Shown: piece after piece, positions 22,137 to 32,595 of the stretch | Layout: each line of letters begins with the position of its first letter | Position numbering within the stretch: the first letter of the stretch is position 1 | Assembly: GCA_965204725.1 (NCBI GenBank) | Contig: OZ242005.1 | Coordinates: forward strand, 288,001-352,000 | Direction: 5' to 3' | Source: Candidatus Latescibacterota bacterium | Lineage (GTDB): Bacteria; Latescibacterota; UBA2968; UBA8231 | Length of the DNA: 64,000 bases | Notes under the pieces: model-generated | Database searches by the model: none | Told to the model about the DNA's origin: nothing | What the model saw: the letters and a program-made list of their open reading frames with translations, nothing else | Position numbers and translations under genes: made by a program

Positions 22137-23573
22137 TCAGGCCAACGACGCAAATTCCCATTCCTCCAACTCCACCATCTCCTCCACCGCCACCGGCATC
22201 CCCACGCCCAAACCCGCCACTTGCAGCGACCCCACCGCAATTTTTCCTCCCCGCACATCGAGGGCCACCAACCCGCTTTCTACCTCCCGATAGAGCGGCC
22301 CGTGCGCGGCCAAGCAGGTCGCCTGCTCGTCTGCGGTCAGGTGATCCAACCCGCGCACGTAGTGATGCCCGTTGCGTTCGACGTGCCCGATTCCCAGCGC
22401 GGCTACATGCGCCAAATCTTGATGCAGGGGCACCACCGGCAGGTTCATCAGGTCCTCGCCGGAGAGAAAACAACCCTTCCGCCGCCGCGCCAACGCCTGA
22501 TTCGCCAGTGCCTTGACCAGCCCTTTGCACGCCTTCGACGAAACGCCTTCGTACCCCAGCACCAAGGCTTGGCCAAAGGTGTCCAGCACGTCGTCCGACT
22601 CGTCGATGAGCAAGGGACGACGCGCAGCAGCGGCGCGGATGCCCGCTTCTAGGGCCGCATCCAAAGCCACGCTCCGCTCTAGGGGCTGCTCAACGTAGAG
22701 GACGCGCTCGTACAACCGCGGCTGTTCGGCTGCAAGGGCATCCATCAAGCCAATGAGCGAATCCATTTCCCGGTATTGCTCGTTGCCGTCGAGCGTGATC
22801 TGATACTCGGCATCGCGACCGTCCAACAACTCGGCAATCGCGGCCAACCGCGCCAAGTCGGTCGCCAAATCGCCGTTCACCTTGACCTTGAAGTACGTCA
22901 GCCCTTGGCGCTCAACGCAATCGGCCAGCGACTGGGGCAACCCGTCGTCCAGCCGCTCTTCGGGCGCAATATCGCTTGGGACAATCGGATCGGCCAAGCC
23001 CACCGTGTGCCGCACGTGCAGTTGCCTAAGCGGTGCCGCCCCGATCACTTGGCCGGGCTCCACCCCTTGCAGCTCGGGGTGAATCGTCCCTAGCTCCAAG
23101 CCGAGGAGATTGGCCTTGAGCAACTCGAAATAGCTCGCGCCCACCCCGCATCCCACCGCGTCGATCAGGGCGCGCTCCATGAGCGTACTGCCATGAACAG
23201 CCGTCAGCCTGTTCAGGCCGTGCGCGTCGCCCGCCGATACCGTCTGCGCGTGACCGGCTTGCCAGATGGCAAAGAATGGCTTGGCCGACCGCGCCGCATC
23301 CAAATACGCCGACCGCGCCGACCGCGCCGACCACAGCAAGTCGGCGACATTGTCTTCGTAGCTTTTGGCTGGGTCTTTGTCGAACCACTTAGGCGGGAGG
23401 ATGTCGGCCGCAACCCCTTGGACCGGCGGGCCGTTTTTTAGCACCCCCTGAGCCACCACGTGGAGAATCGGCACGGCGGTCAGCACGGCTGCGCCGTATT
23501 TGAAGGGCATGCGGGTACGCACATTCCGCATGTAGAACCGCACATCGTCAAGCCTTATTTCTACGGCACTCAT
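22137..23573 (-). CDS. Enolase-superfamily protein (MLE/OSBS-like motif set), paralog B
   Basis: RMPFKYG, PKWFDK, YFKVK, LDGNEQY, VEQP, IDESD, SSKACKG, ERNGHHY. Confidence 0.78.
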   Translation of the reverse strand: MSAVEIRLDDVRFYMRNVRTRMPFKYGAAVLTAVPILHVVAQGVLKNGPPVQGVAADILPPKWFDKDPAKSYEDNVADLLWSARSARSAYLDAARSAKPFFAIWQAGHAQTVSAGDAHGLNRLTAVHGSTLMERALIDAVGCGVGASYFELLKANLLGLELGTIHPELQGVEPGQVIGAAPLRQLHVRHTVGLADPIVPSDIAPEERLDDGLPQSLADCVERQGLTYFKVKVNGDLATDLARLAAIAELLDGRDAEYQITLDGNEQYREMDSLIGLMDALAAEQPRLYERVLYVEQPLERSVALDAALEAGIRAAAARRPLLIDESDDVLDTFGQALVLGYEGVSSKACKGLVKALANQALARRRKGCFLSGEDLMNLPVVPLHQDLAHVAALGIGHVERNGHHYVRGLDHLTADEQATCLAAHGPLYREVESGLVALDVRGGKIAVGSLQVAGLGVGMPVAVEEMVELEEWEFASLA

Positions 23574-24997
23574 GCCAATCGCGCCTCCGCCAGCGGCTGC
23601 ATAGCCGCAATATCGACCGCGCCATCTACCCCAAGGCCGGGCCGTTGCAGGGAGCCGACCGCAATTTGGCCGGCGCGAATGTCGAGAAAGCCGCTTTGGC
23701 CCTCAAAGCGGTACAGATCGCCGTGCCGCTCAAAGCACCACGCCCGCTCGGCAGCCGACAAGTGGTCCAGCCCCCGCACGTAGTGGTGCCCATTGCGCTC
23801 GACGTGCCTGATCCCCAGCGCGACCACGTGCGCCAAATCTTGGTGCAGCGACACCACCGGCACGGCGGTCAAATCTTCAGCCGAGACAAAACAGGGATGG
23901 CCTGCGACCGTGCGCTGCCAAGCGAGTGCGCTGTTGGCCAGCGCCTTGACCAGCCCTTTGCAAGACTTGGACGAGACGCCGCTGTACCCCAAGTTCAATG
24001 CGCAGCGGAAGGACTCCAAGTACCCGTCTGACTCGTCGATCAGCAGGGGGCGTTTCCTCGCCAAAAGCTCAATGTCTCTCGTAAACGCGGGATCGAGGGA
24101 AAGGGCGCGGTCCATGGGTTGCTCAACGTAGAGAATGCGATGGTAAAACTGTCCCAAGCCCTTTTCAATCCGCTGCAACAAGGTCATCAAATCGACCGCG
24201 TCGCTGTACTGTTCATTGCCGTCGAGCGTGATGTGGTACTTCGCGCCGCTTTCGTTCAAGAGCGCGGCGATCTCCGCTAAGCGCTCGAAATCGGCCATCG
24301 GATCGCCGCCGATCTTGATCTTGAAATAGCGCAGGCCATCGCGCTGAATACATTCCTCCAAGGACTGCGGCAACCCGTCGTTCAACCGCTCCTCGGGCGC
24401 AATCGCAGCCGTGCGGATGGGATCGACCAAGCCGACCGTATGGCGGACGTACAACGAGCGCACCGGTGCCGGCGGCAGCACGGTCGCCAGTTCCACCCCC
24501 TCTAACTCCAGGTAAATCCTCCCCAGATCCAACCCGAGGACATTGTCCTGCAACAGCGCGAAGTAAGGCTGCCCCAGCGCGACCCCCAAGCCGTCGATGA
24601 GCGCCCGCTCCATCAGGGCCGCGCCGTTGGACGCCAGCAAGGCATTCGTGCCCCGCGCCCGGCCCCACGCCCGACTGGCCTCGTAGCCCTCCTCCCATAT
24701 TGCGAATGGAGTCGCGCCAACGCGACCTGCCTGCTGATAAGCGGCCGCGGCCGCACGCGCTCCATCCACCAAGTCGCGGATGCCCTCGGCCATCGCCTTG
24801 CTCGGGTCTTTGTCGAACCATCTAGGCGACAGCATGTCGGCAGCCCAGCCCCGCGCCCGGCGACCATTGCCCAGCTCTAGGTCCATGGCCACGTGCAGCG
24901 CGGTCAGGCTATCGGCGACCACGTTGCCGAACTTAAACGGCATCCGCATCCGCATCGCCCGCACGTAAAACTCAATGTCCTTAATTGCCACTAGCAT
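23570..24997 (-). CDS. Enolase-superfamily protein (MLE/OSBS-like motif set), paralog A
   Basis: Start ATG 24997 overlaps the argH end; RMPFKFG, YFKIK, LDGNEQY, VEQP, IDESD, SSKSCKG, ERNGHHY. Confidence 0.78.
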   Translation of the reverse strand: MLVAIKDIEFYVRAMRMRMPFKFGNVVADSLTALHVAMDLELGNGRRARGWAADMLSPRWFDKDPSKAMAEGIRDLVDGARAAAAAYQQAGRVGATPFAIWEEGYEASRAWGRARGTNALLASNGAALMERALIDGLGVALGQPYFALLQDNVLGLDLGRIYLELEGVELATVLPPAPVRSLYVRHTVGLVDPIRTAAIAPEERLNDGLPQSLEECIQRDGLRYFKIKIGGDPMADFERLAEIAALLNESGAKYHITLDGNEQYSDAVDLMTLLQRIEKGLGQFYHRILYVEQPMDRALSLDPAFTRDIELLARKRPLLIDESDGYLESFRCALNLGYSGVSSKSCKGLVKALANSALAWQRTVAGHPCFVSAEDLTAVPVVSLHQDLAHVVALGIRHVERNGHHYVRGLDHLSAAERAWCFERHGDLYRFEGQSGFLDIRAGQIAVGSLQRPGLGVDGAVDIAAMQPLAEARLA

Positions 24998-26388
24998 TTG
25001 GCTTCGCGTGCGGCCCAGGCCCGCCGCGCCTTCTCCATCTGTTCGGCCACGGCCTGGGGGCCGGTGCCGCCCTCTATATTGCGGCGTTCCAGACTGTGCC
25101 GCACGTTGAGCAGGCCGAGGGCGTCCGCGCCAAAGTCCGCGCTGTGGGCGCGCAGATCTTCCAAGCGGAGGTCGGTCAGGGCTTGGCCTTGCGCTAGCGA
25201 GGCCCGCACCAAGCGGCCTACGACGCGATGCGCCTCGCGGAAAGGCATTCCTCGGCCCACCAAATAGTCGGCCAAATCGGTTGCCAAGGCCGTGGAATCC
25301 ACTGCGGACTCCATCCGCTCGACGCGCAATTCCATGCTCTCCCAAACCCCGGCGAACACCTCTAGGCAAATGGCCGACGTTTCCAGCGCGTCGAAGAGCG
25401 GCTCTTTGTCCTCTTGCAGGTCCTTGGCGTACGTCAACGGCACGGCCTTCATCGTCGTCAGCAACGCCATCAGGCTGCCGTACACCCGGCCGGTCTTGCC
25501 GCGCACCAATTCTAGCGCGTCGGGATTTTTCTTTTGCGGCATCATGCTAGATCCCGTAGCAAAGTGATCGTCGAGCTCGACAAAGCCAAACTCCACCGAC
25601 GACCAGAGGATCAAATCCTCGCAAAAGCGGCTCAAGTGCATCATGAGAATTGCCAGCGCGGATAGGGTCTCTAGCAAGAAATCGCGGTCGCTGATCGCGT
25701 CGAGGCTGTTGGGGGTCACCTGCGAAAACCCGAGTTCGCGGGCGAGGAACGCCCGGTCGAGCGGAAACGCGCTGCCGGCCAACGCCCCGGAGCCCAACGG
25801 CAGCACGTCGGCTCGCCGCCAAGCATCCTCCAGCCGCCCGAGATCGCGTTCCAACATCCAAAACAGGGACAGCGCGTAGTGGGAAAAGAGAATCGGTTGG
25901 GCCTGCTGGACATGCGTGTAGCCGGGCAGCACCACGCGGCTGTGCTGCTCGCCCGACGCCAACAACACGCCTTGCAGGTGGCGAATGTGCCCTTGGAGCG
26001 ACGCAATCGCGCCCCGCAGGTAAAGCCGCTCATCTAAGTTGACTTGGTCGTTGCGGCTGCGCCCGGTGTGCAGCTTGCCCCCGACCGGCCCGATGAGCTC
26101 GGTCAGCCGCTTCTCCACCGCCATGTGGATGTCTTCCAGCGCGTCGGGGAGCGTGCAGTCCGGGGCTGAAAACTCTTCCTGCACCTGCTTTAGGCCCGCT
26201 TCGGTTTGCTCCAGCTCCTCAGCGGTGAGGACGCCGGCTCGCTGCAAGGCGCGGGCGTAGGCCACGCTGCCGGCAACATCGGCCTCCAACAGCTTGCGGT
26301 CGAAGCCAATAGAGGCGTTGAAACGCTCCATTAGCTCGGCCGGCGCCCCCTGAAACCGCCCGCCCCAAGGCGTTTGCACCTCGGCCAT
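24991..26388 (-). CDS. argH: Argininosuccinate lyase
   Basis: WGGRF, HTGRSRNDQV, PGYTH.Q.AQP, GSSMMPQKKNPD, DLQEDKE. Confidence 0.97.
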   Translation of the reverse strand: MAEVQTPWGGRFQGAPAELMERFNASIGFDRKLLEADVAGSVAYARALQRAGVLTAEELEQTEAGLKQVQEEFSAPDCTLPDALEDIHMAVEKRLTELIGPVGGKLHTGRSRNDQVNLDERLYLRGAIASLQGHIRHLQGVLLASGEQHSRVVLPGYTHVQQAQPILFSHYALSLFWMLERDLGRLEDAWRRADVLPLGSGALAGSAFPLDRAFLARELGFSQVTPNSLDAISDRDFLLETLSALAILMMHLSRFCEDLILWSSVEFGFVELDDHFATGSSMMPQKKNPDALELVRGKTGRVYGSLMALLTTMKAVPLTYAKDLQEDKEPLFDALETSAICLEVFAGVWESMELRVERMESAVDSTALATDLADYLVGRGMPFREAHRVVGRLVRASLAQGQALTDLRLEDLRAHSADFGADALGLLNVRHSLERRNIEGGTGPQAVAEQMEKARRAWAAREAKC

Positions 26389-27584
26389 CAGACCCCTTGG
26401 CGCAAGATCTCGTCGAATACATCGACTGCTTCGTCGAGGCGATCGCGCTCGACGATCAAAGGCGGCAAAAAGCGCACCACATCGGCCCCGGCCGTGGCGA
26501 CCAAGATGTCGCGCTGGCGGAAGGCGGCCAGATAGTCGGCGGCTGGCTGGCTGGTGACCGCACCGGCGATCAGCCCTCTGCCGCGAATTTCGGTAATGTG
26601 CTCGGGCCAGCGTTGTTGCAGCTTTTGCAGGCGGCCGATTAGGTGCTCGCCTTTTTCGCGCACCCCGTCGATAAAACCCGGTTCGAGCAGCTTGCCCAAG
26701 ACGGTGGTCGCCGCGGCACAGGCCACGGGATTGGCGCCAAAGGTCGCGGCGTGGTCCCCGGCCTCGATGGCGTCGGCAACCTGCTGCCGCAAAAGCACTA
26801 CGCCAATTGGCAAGCCGCCGCCGAGGGCCTTGGCCAAGGTCATAATATCCGGCTCAACCTCGTATTGCTGATAGGCCCACAGCGAGCCTAAGCGCCCGCA
26901 GCCCACTTGGATCTCGTCGAAAACTAGCAGCATCTCCCGCTCGTCGCACAGACGCCGCAGCCCGGCGAGAAATTCCTGCGTTGCGGCGTGGATTCCGCCC
27001 TCGGCCTGCAACGGCTCGACCAAAATCGCGCAGGTCTGATCTGTTACCAGCGACTCCACAGAGGCCAAATCGTTGAATTGGGCGAAGGCAATGCCCGGCA
27101 GCAGCGGCTCGAATCCCCGGTGGTACTTAGGCTGGCCGGTCGTCGAGATGGAGCCATAGGTCCGTCCGTGAAAGGAGTTTTCAAAGGCGATGAGGCGGTT
27201 TTTGGGCGGGTCGTGGGTGGTGTTGCCCCACTTGCGGCAGAACTTGAGCGCAGCCTCCCAAGCCTCGGTGCCGCTGTTGCAGAAAAACACTCGGTCGGCA
27301 AACGAGTGCTCGACCAACTGCCGCGCCACTGTTACCGAAGGGATGGTGTGGTAGAGGTTGGACACGTGCATCAGCTTGGCGGCTTGGGTCTCAATGGCCT
27401 TGAGTACCTCGTAGTCGCCGTAGCCCAACGCATTGACCGCCAAGCCGCTGACAAAATCGAGATAGCGGTTGCCGTCCATGTCGAAGAGATAGACCCCATT
27501 GCCCCGCTCTAGTACGAACTCGGGCCGGCCGTAGGTCTGCAAAATGTATCGAGCTTCGTCCTTGATGATGTCTTGGGTTTTCAT
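26388..27584 (-). CDS. argD: Acetylornithine aminotransferase
   Basis: Class III PLP aminotransferase: NSGTEA, FHGRT, EPLQAEGG, FDEIQ.G.GR, AKALGGG, TFGANP. GGAGG RBS before ATG 27584. Confidence 0.93.
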   Translation of the reverse strand: MKTQDIIKDEARYILQTYGRPEFVLERGNGVYLFDMDGNRYLDFVSGLAVNALGYGDYEVLKAIETQAAKLMHVSNLYHTIPSVTVARQLVEHSFADRVFFCNSGTEAWEAALKFCRKWGNTTHDPPKNRLIAFENSFHGRTYGSISTTGQPKYHRGFEPLLPGIAFAQFNDLASVESLVTDQTCAILVEPLQAEGGIHAATQEFLAGLRRLCDEREMLLVFDEIQVGCGRLGSLWAYQQYEVEPDIMTLAKALGGGLPIGVVLLRQQVADAIEAGDHAATFGANPVACAAATTVLGKLLEPGFIDGVREKGEHLIGRLQKLQQRWPEHITEIRGRGLIAGAVTSQPAADYLAAFRQRDILVATAGADVVRFLPPLIVERDRLDEAVDVFDEILRQGV

Positions 27585-27600
27585 GGTTTCCTCCGTCGTC

Positions 27601-28488
27601 CTATTGGACAATTTGGGTGCCAATACCCTGCCGGGTGTAAAACTCGAGCAACATCGCATGCGGTACGCGCCCATCGACGACATGGGTTTTGCGCACCCCG
27701 GCTTTGACGGACTTGACACAGGCTTCGACCTTGGGAATCATGCCGCCGTAAATCGCGCCTTGGTCAATCAGCTCGCCCACCTCAGCGACGCGCACGGTGG
27801 ACAGCAGGGACTCATCGTCTTTGAGATCGCCCATAATGCCCTGCACATCCGTCAAAAAAACCAATTTCTCTGCGTGCAAGGCCGCGGCGATTTCCCCAGC
27901 CGCGGTATCGGCATTCACGTTGAAGCTCTCGCCGCCCGGGCCGCGGCCAATCGGCGCGACCACCGGGATCATGCCCTTGTCTATCAGGTCCAACAAAGGC
28001 GCGGTATTCACGTGCTCAACATTGCCGACATAACCAATGTCCATGGCGCCGCCAGCGGTCTGCGCCCAGTGCTTGCATACCTGCATGATTCCGGCGTCCT
28101 TGGCCGAGACGCCCACGGCCCGCCCGTCCAACGCGCCGATCGCGCGGACGATTCGGGCGTTGACCTCGCCAAAGAGCACATCCTCAACCACCCGCATCGT
28201 CGCCGCGTCCGTTACCCGCAGCCCATCGACGCGCTGGCTTTCAATGCCCAATTCTCGCAACCGGCGCGTGATGGCCGGGCCGCCGCCGTGGACCACGACT
28301 GGGCAGATGCCGACCGCCTGCATGAAGACGATGTCCTTGTGTACGGTGTCCCCGCCGCCCATCGCGCTGCCGCCGTATTTGACAACCATCACTTTGCCGC
28401 GGAATTCCTGTAGGTACGGCAGGGCCTCGATCAGGGTCTCGGCTTTGTCACTCTGGCCCTGCAAGCCCAGCAAGACCTCGGCGTCCAT
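27601..28488 (-). CDS. argB: Acetylglutamate kinase
   Basis: EALPY, VVKYGGSAM, VHGGGP, GLRVTD, NVNAD, LTDV.G, GGMIPKV. Confidence 0.96.
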   Translation of the reverse strand: MDAEVLLGLQGQSDKAETLIEALPYLQEFRGKVMVVKYGGSAMGGGDTVHKDIVFMQAVGICPVVVHGGGPAITRRLRELGIESQRVDGLRVTDAATMRVVEDVLFGEVNARIVRAIGALDGRAVGVSAKDAGIMQVCKHWAQTAGGAMDIGYVGNVEHVNTAPLLDLIDKGMIPVVAPIGRGPGGESFNVNADTAAGEIAAALHAEKLVFLTDVQGIMGDLKDDESLLSTVRVAEVGELIDQGAIYGGMIPKVEACVKSVKAGVRKTHVVDGRVPHAMLLEFYTRQGIGTQIVQ

Positions 28489-28955
28489 CACTCCTCCTCG
28501 CCGCATATCGCGTCGATCTTATCGACCAATACAGCCGCATCTCGCTCGGAACGAGCGACGATGAAGATCGTGTTTTCGCCGGCCAGCGTACCCGCGACCT
28601 CAACCCAACCAATGCGATCAATGGCTTCGCAGACGCTCTGGGCGTGTCCCGACGCAGTCCGCACCAAGACCATGTTGATCACCTGTTCGGTCTGGACCAA
28701 GAAGTCCTGCAACTCGCGCTCTAGAATGTGCAGGTCGTGCAGCGTAGCCCCGGCTTCGGGCAGCGTATAGCGAAACCCCCCATTGGCCTGTGGCACCCGG
28801 ACCACGCCTATTTCGCGCAAGTCTTTCGACAAGGTCGACTGGCTGACCTCAATGCCCTGTTGCTCGAGGACCGCGGCCAATTTCTCGTGCGTATCAATGG
28901 CTCGGCTGTAGAGCAATTCCCGTATGCGGGTCTGCCGCATCTGTTTATTACGCAT
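28488..28955 (-). CDS. argR: Arginine repressor
   Basis: Winged HTH SQSTLSKDLREIG; C-terminal GTLAGENTIF. Confidence 0.92.
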   Translation of the reverse strand: MRNKQMRQTRIRELLYSRAIDTHEKLAAVLEQQGIEVSQSTLSKDLREIGVVRVPQANGGFRYTLPEAGATLHDLHILERELQDFLVQTEQVINMVLVRTASGHAQSVCEAIDRIGWVEVAGTLAGENTIFIVARSERDAAVLVDKIDAICGEEE

Positions 28956-29000
28956 AATTTTTATTGTTTAATTGAAATAAAAATTTGAAAATTAGAGTAT
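28950..29000 (-). promoter_or_regulatory. Very AT-rich promoter/operator region of the arg operon (possible degenerate ARG boxes)
   Basis: GCATAATTTTTATTGTTTAATTGAAATAAAAATTTGAAAATT in an otherwise GC-rich window; only partial match to the TGMAT-www-ATKCA box. Confidence 0.45.
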
Positions 29001-29021
29001 GGCCGGGCCGGTGTCAACCGC

Positions 29022-29804
29022 CTACGCCCGGCCCGAGGCCATCTGCTCTTGCAGGCGCAACTTGAGTTGCCGGCCGTCCAGCCCCCGCCAGAAAACCCCG
29101 CCAATGGCCAGCGAAATGGTGCTGTTCTCCTCGGAGACGACGATGATTACCGCGTCCGATTCCTGCGATAGCCCCAATGCCGCCCGATGGCGGGTTCCCA
29201 GCCGCTGGTCTTCGACCTCTTCCGCCAGCGGCAAGGTGCAGCGGGCCGCGACCAAGCGCTCGCCTTGGATGACGACAGCTCGGTCGTGCAGCGGGGTGCG
29301 CGGGCTGAAGATCGTGGCGAGCAAATCGCCCGACACCTCTGAGTTCAGGGGCACTCCGGTATCGATGACCGGCCTGATCTGGACTTGGCGCACCAGCACG
29401 ATGAGCGCCCCGTACCCCAACTCGGCCAAGCGGCCGACTCCGCCTACTACTTCGTCGATGACCCGCGACGTCTCGGCCTTGTAAAACCAGCGGAACGCCG
29501 GGGTCTGCCCCAAGGCTTGGAGGAGCCGTCGCAGTTCGGGCTGGAAGAGGATGACCAGCAGGATCAGCAGAATGGAGCGCATCTGCTCCAACAGCCAAGA
29601 CAGGGCGTTCATATTGAGCCAAGGCGCGGCCAAGGCCACGATCACCATGAGCAGCAGCCCGGCGACCATGTGCGCGGCTCGGGTTTCCTTGATGAGGGAA
29701 AGCAAGCGGAAAAAGATAAAGGCCACCAGCAGGATATCTACCACGGAGGTCAGGGAGACGGGCAGAAAGCCAAACAGGGTAAATAGGACCGGGTCTTTTA
29801 GCAC
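29022..29804 (-). CDS. cdaA: Diadenylate cyclase CdaA (DisA_N domain, 3 TM); DGA motif reads DRA
   Basis: FQPELRR, GALIV, IF.P.TPLHD(R)AV, GTRHRAA, VSEE; downstream of folP. Confidence 0.92.
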   Translation of the reverse strand: MLKDPVLFTLFGFLPVSLTSVVDILLVAFIFFRLLSLIKETRAAHMVAGLLLMVIVALAAPWLNMNALSWLLEQMRSILLILLVILFQPELRRLLQALGQTPAFRWFYKAETSRVIDEVVGGVGRLAELGYGALIVLVRQVQIRPVIDTGVPLNSEVSGDLLATIFSPRTPLHDRAVVIQGERLVAARCTLPLAEEVEDQRLGTRHRAALGLSQESDAVIIVVSEENSTISLAIGGVFWRGLDGRQLKLRLQEQMASGRA

Positions 29805-30646
29805 GGTGCTTGGCCCCGCACGGCCTCGACGAAGCGGACAGCCCGCAGCGTCGCGGCCACGTCGTGGACTCGCAGGATGTGGACGCCGGCCCTAGCGGCT
29901 AAAGCCGCCGCGGCCAAGCTGCCCTCCAAGCTCTCAGCGGCTGAGAGCCCGAGTGTCCTCCATATAAAGGACTTGCGCGAAGCACCCACTACCAACGGGT
30001 GCTCCAAGCGCGAGAAGCACTCTAGCATCCCCAACAAGGCGAGGTTATCCTCAAGCGACTTGCCAAATCCCAAGCCCGGATCCACGGCCACGCGCTCGAC
30101 GCCTTGGGCTTGGGCGACGCGGACGCGCTCTGCTAGAAAGGAGTACACCGCCCCGGGCAAGTCGTCGCAGCGGGTATTGGGCTGCATGGCAGCCGCCGCG
30201 TTCCGGCCGTGCATCAGGACCACCGGGGCTTTGGCTTGGGCGGCGACCTCGACCATGGCCGGATCGCGGCGCAGCGCACTAATGTCGTTGATGATGTCGG
30301 CCCCGGCCTCCAAGGCTCGCTGCGCCACCGCGGCTTTGACCGTGTCAACCGAGATCGGCACATCGCTCTGGCGGCGGAGCCCCTCGACGACCGGGAGAAT
30401 TCGGGCGCATTCCTCGGCGACCGAGACGTCCTCGGCGACCCCGTACAGCGGCGGCCGGGACGATTCTCCGCCTATATCGACAATGACCGCCCCTTCCTCC
30501 ACCATCTCCAAGCCGCGCTCCACCGCGACCTTGGGATCGCAGTAGCGACCGCCATCGTAAAACGAATCGGGCGTCGCATTGAGGACGCCCATGATTTGTA
30601 CTTGGTCGTTAAAGCAAAGAGGGCGACCGCCCAACTCCCAAATCAC
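29798..30646 (-). CDS. folP: Dihydropteroate synthase
   Basis: MGVLNATPDSFYDGG, DIGGESSRP, SVDT, INDIS, DPGLGFGK, SRKS, RVHDV. Confidence 0.96.
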   Translation of the reverse strand: MIWELGGRPLCFNDQVQIMGVLNATPDSFYDGGRYCDPKVAVERGLEMVEEGAVIVDIGGESSRPPLYGVAEDVSVAEECARILPVVEGLRRQSDVPISVDTVKAAVAQRALEAGADIINDISALRRDPAMVEVAAQAKAPVVLMHGRNAAAAMQPNTRCDDLPGAVYSFLAERVRVAQAQGVERVAVDPGLGFGKSLEDNLALLGMLECFSRLEHPLVVGASRKSFIWRTLGLSAAESLEGSLAAAALAARAGVHILRVHDVAATLRAVRFVEAVRGQAPC

Positions 30647-32580
30647 GCCTCATCCTCGGCGCTCAAGGCGCGCACCGGCGCACGGGAAAGCGGCTCTCCG
30701 GCCAAGACTTGGTCGATCTCTGCGTCGTCGAGGACCTCGTACGCGAGGAGGGCGCGGGCCAACGAGTGCAGCTTGCCCTCGCTTTCCCTGAGGAGGCGCA
30801 GCGCGGTCTGCTCGGCCTCGACCACCAGCTTGCGGATCTCGCGATCAACGGCTTGGGCCGTCTCTTCGCTCAGGTGGCGGCTGCGGGTGAATTCCTTGCC
30901 GAGAAAGACCTCGTCGTCGCTGCCGCCCAACGAGAGGGGGCCGAGCCCTTCGTTCATGCCCCACTCGCAAACCATCGAACGGGCCAAGCGCGTCACTTGT
31001 TGGTAGTCGCCTTGGGCACCGGTCGAGCGCTCGGCAAAAATCAACTTCTCGGCCGCGCAACCGCCCAGTGCCGTGGCCAAATGCGCCTTGAGCCGCGTCT
31101 CGGTCAGGGAGCGCCGCTCGTCGGCCAAAAAGGAAACCATGCCCATGGTCTGCCCGCGCGGGATGATGGTGGCCTTGCCAATGGCCGGGCCGCCTTTGAG
31201 GCTCTTGGCGACCAAGGCGTGGCCCGCTTCGTGGTAGGCCGAAAGCCGCTGATCCTCCTCGGTCATGACCATGCTGCGGCGCTCGGCCCCGAGCATCACC
31301 TTGTCTTTGGCCGCTTCAAAATCGCCCATGTCCACGGTCTTGCGATCGCGCCGCGAGGCCAGCAAGGCCGCCTCGTTGACCAAGTTCTCCAAGTCGGCCC
31401 CAGAAAGCCCGGGCGTACCCTGCGCCACCTTTTGCAAATCGACGTCCGGGTCCAGCGGCACCTTGCGCACGTGGACCTTGAGGACGCCCTCCCGGCCCCT
31501 GACATCGGGCAGGTCGACCACCACCCGGCGGTCGAAGCGGCCGGGCCGCAACAGCGCGGGGTCGAGTACGTCCGGGCGATTGGTCGCGGCGATGAGAATG
31601 ACGCCGTCGTTGGACTCAAATCCGTCCATTTCTACTAGGAGTTGATTGAGGGTCTGCTCGCGCTCGTCGTGGCCGCCACCAATGCCGGCACCGCGGTGCC
31701 GGCCTACCGCGTCGATCTCATCGACGAAAATTAGGCATGGGGCATTGGCCTTGCCTTGTTCAAAGAGGTCGCGCACGCGAGAGGCTCCGACCCCGACGAA
31801 CATCTCCACGAAGTCCGAGCCGCTAATCGAAAAGAAGGGCACGCCGGCTTCGCCTGCCACTGCGCGCGCCAAGTGCGTCTTGCCCGTGCCGGGCGGACCG
31901 ACCATCAAGACGCCCTTGGGAATCCGCCCGCCGAGGCGCTGGAACCGGTGCGGATCCTTGAGAAATTCGATGATTTCCTCCAACTCCTTCTTGGCCTCGT
32001 CGGCCCCAGCCACGTCGTCAAAGGTCGCCTTGTGCTTGTCTTCCAACAGGAGTTTGGCGCGACTTTTGCCAAAGGAAAACAGCCCGCGCGCACCGCCCTG
32101 CATCTGCCGCAACATGAATATCCAGAAGGCGATAAACAGCAGCCACGGCAAAAAGCTGAGGAGGAAATTGTACCACCGGAAGGGTTCTTCCTCAAAGCGA
32201 AAATCGACCCCTTTTTCCTCCCACTCGCGCTTGGTCGCCGCGTCTATTGGACCCAAGTTGACCACAAAGCGGGTTCGGTCGTGCAAGACGCCTTTGAGCT
32301 CGCGCTCGCCCACGATGACGGCCTCGGCGACGCGCTCCTCCTCCAAGTATTGGCGGTATTGCTTGTACGAGACGAGTTGGGGGTCGGAAGGTTTGCTGCC
32401 AATGAACTTGGCGACGAAGATCATCACTAACACAAAGAAGAGCCAAAACGCTTGGGTCCGCGAAGGGCGACGCCAGCGCCGCGGCTTGTCTTCGCCGTCG
32501 GCCTGCTGGCGGTCTGGCTTGCGGTTGTCCATAAGGCGCTTGGGGCGCTCCTTTGGGGCCTGCTTTTTTCGTCCCTCCAT
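30643..32580 (-). CDS. ftsH: ATP-dependent zinc metalloprotease FtsH
   Basis: 2 TM helices, [38 protein letters not shown]. Confidence 0.97.
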   Translation of the reverse strand: MEGRKKQAPKERPKRLMDNRKPDRQQADGEDKPRRWRRPSRTQAFWLFFVLVMIFVAKFIGSKPSDPQLVSYKQYRQYLEEERVAEAVIVGERELKGVLHDRTRFVVNLGPIDAATKREWEEKGVDFRFEEEPFRWYNFLLSFLPWLLFIAFWIFMLRQMQGGARGLFSFGKSRAKLLLEDKHKATFDDVAGADEAKKELEEIIEFLKDPHRFQRLGGRIPKGVLMVGPPGTGKTHLARAVAGEAGVPFFSISGSDFVEMFVGVGASRVRDLFEQGKANAPCLIFVDEIDAVGRHRGAGIGGGHDEREQTLNQLLVEMDGFESNDGVILIAATNRPDVLDPALLRPGRFDRRVVVDLPDVRGREGVLKVHVRKVPLDPDVDLQKVAQGTPGLSGADLENLVNEAALLASRRDRKTVDMGDFEAAKDKVMLGAERRSMVMTEEDQRLSAYHEAGHALVAKSLKGGPAIGKATIIPRGQTMGMVSFLADERRSLTETRLKAHLATALGGCAAEKLIFAERSTGAQGDYQQVTRLARSMVCEWGMNEGLGPLSLGGSDDEVFLGKEFTRSRHLSEETAQAVDREIRKLVVEAEQTALRLLRESEGKLHSLARALLAYEVLDDAEIDQVLAGEPLSRAPVRALSAEDEA

Positions 32581-32595
32581 GACAGATGCTCTAGG

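Noticed and set aside
31040-31890. Odd FtsH residues ([13 protein letters not shown])
   Set aside because: Walker A/B, the arginine finger, HEAGH and the third zinc ligand Asp are intact; probably tolerated variation.
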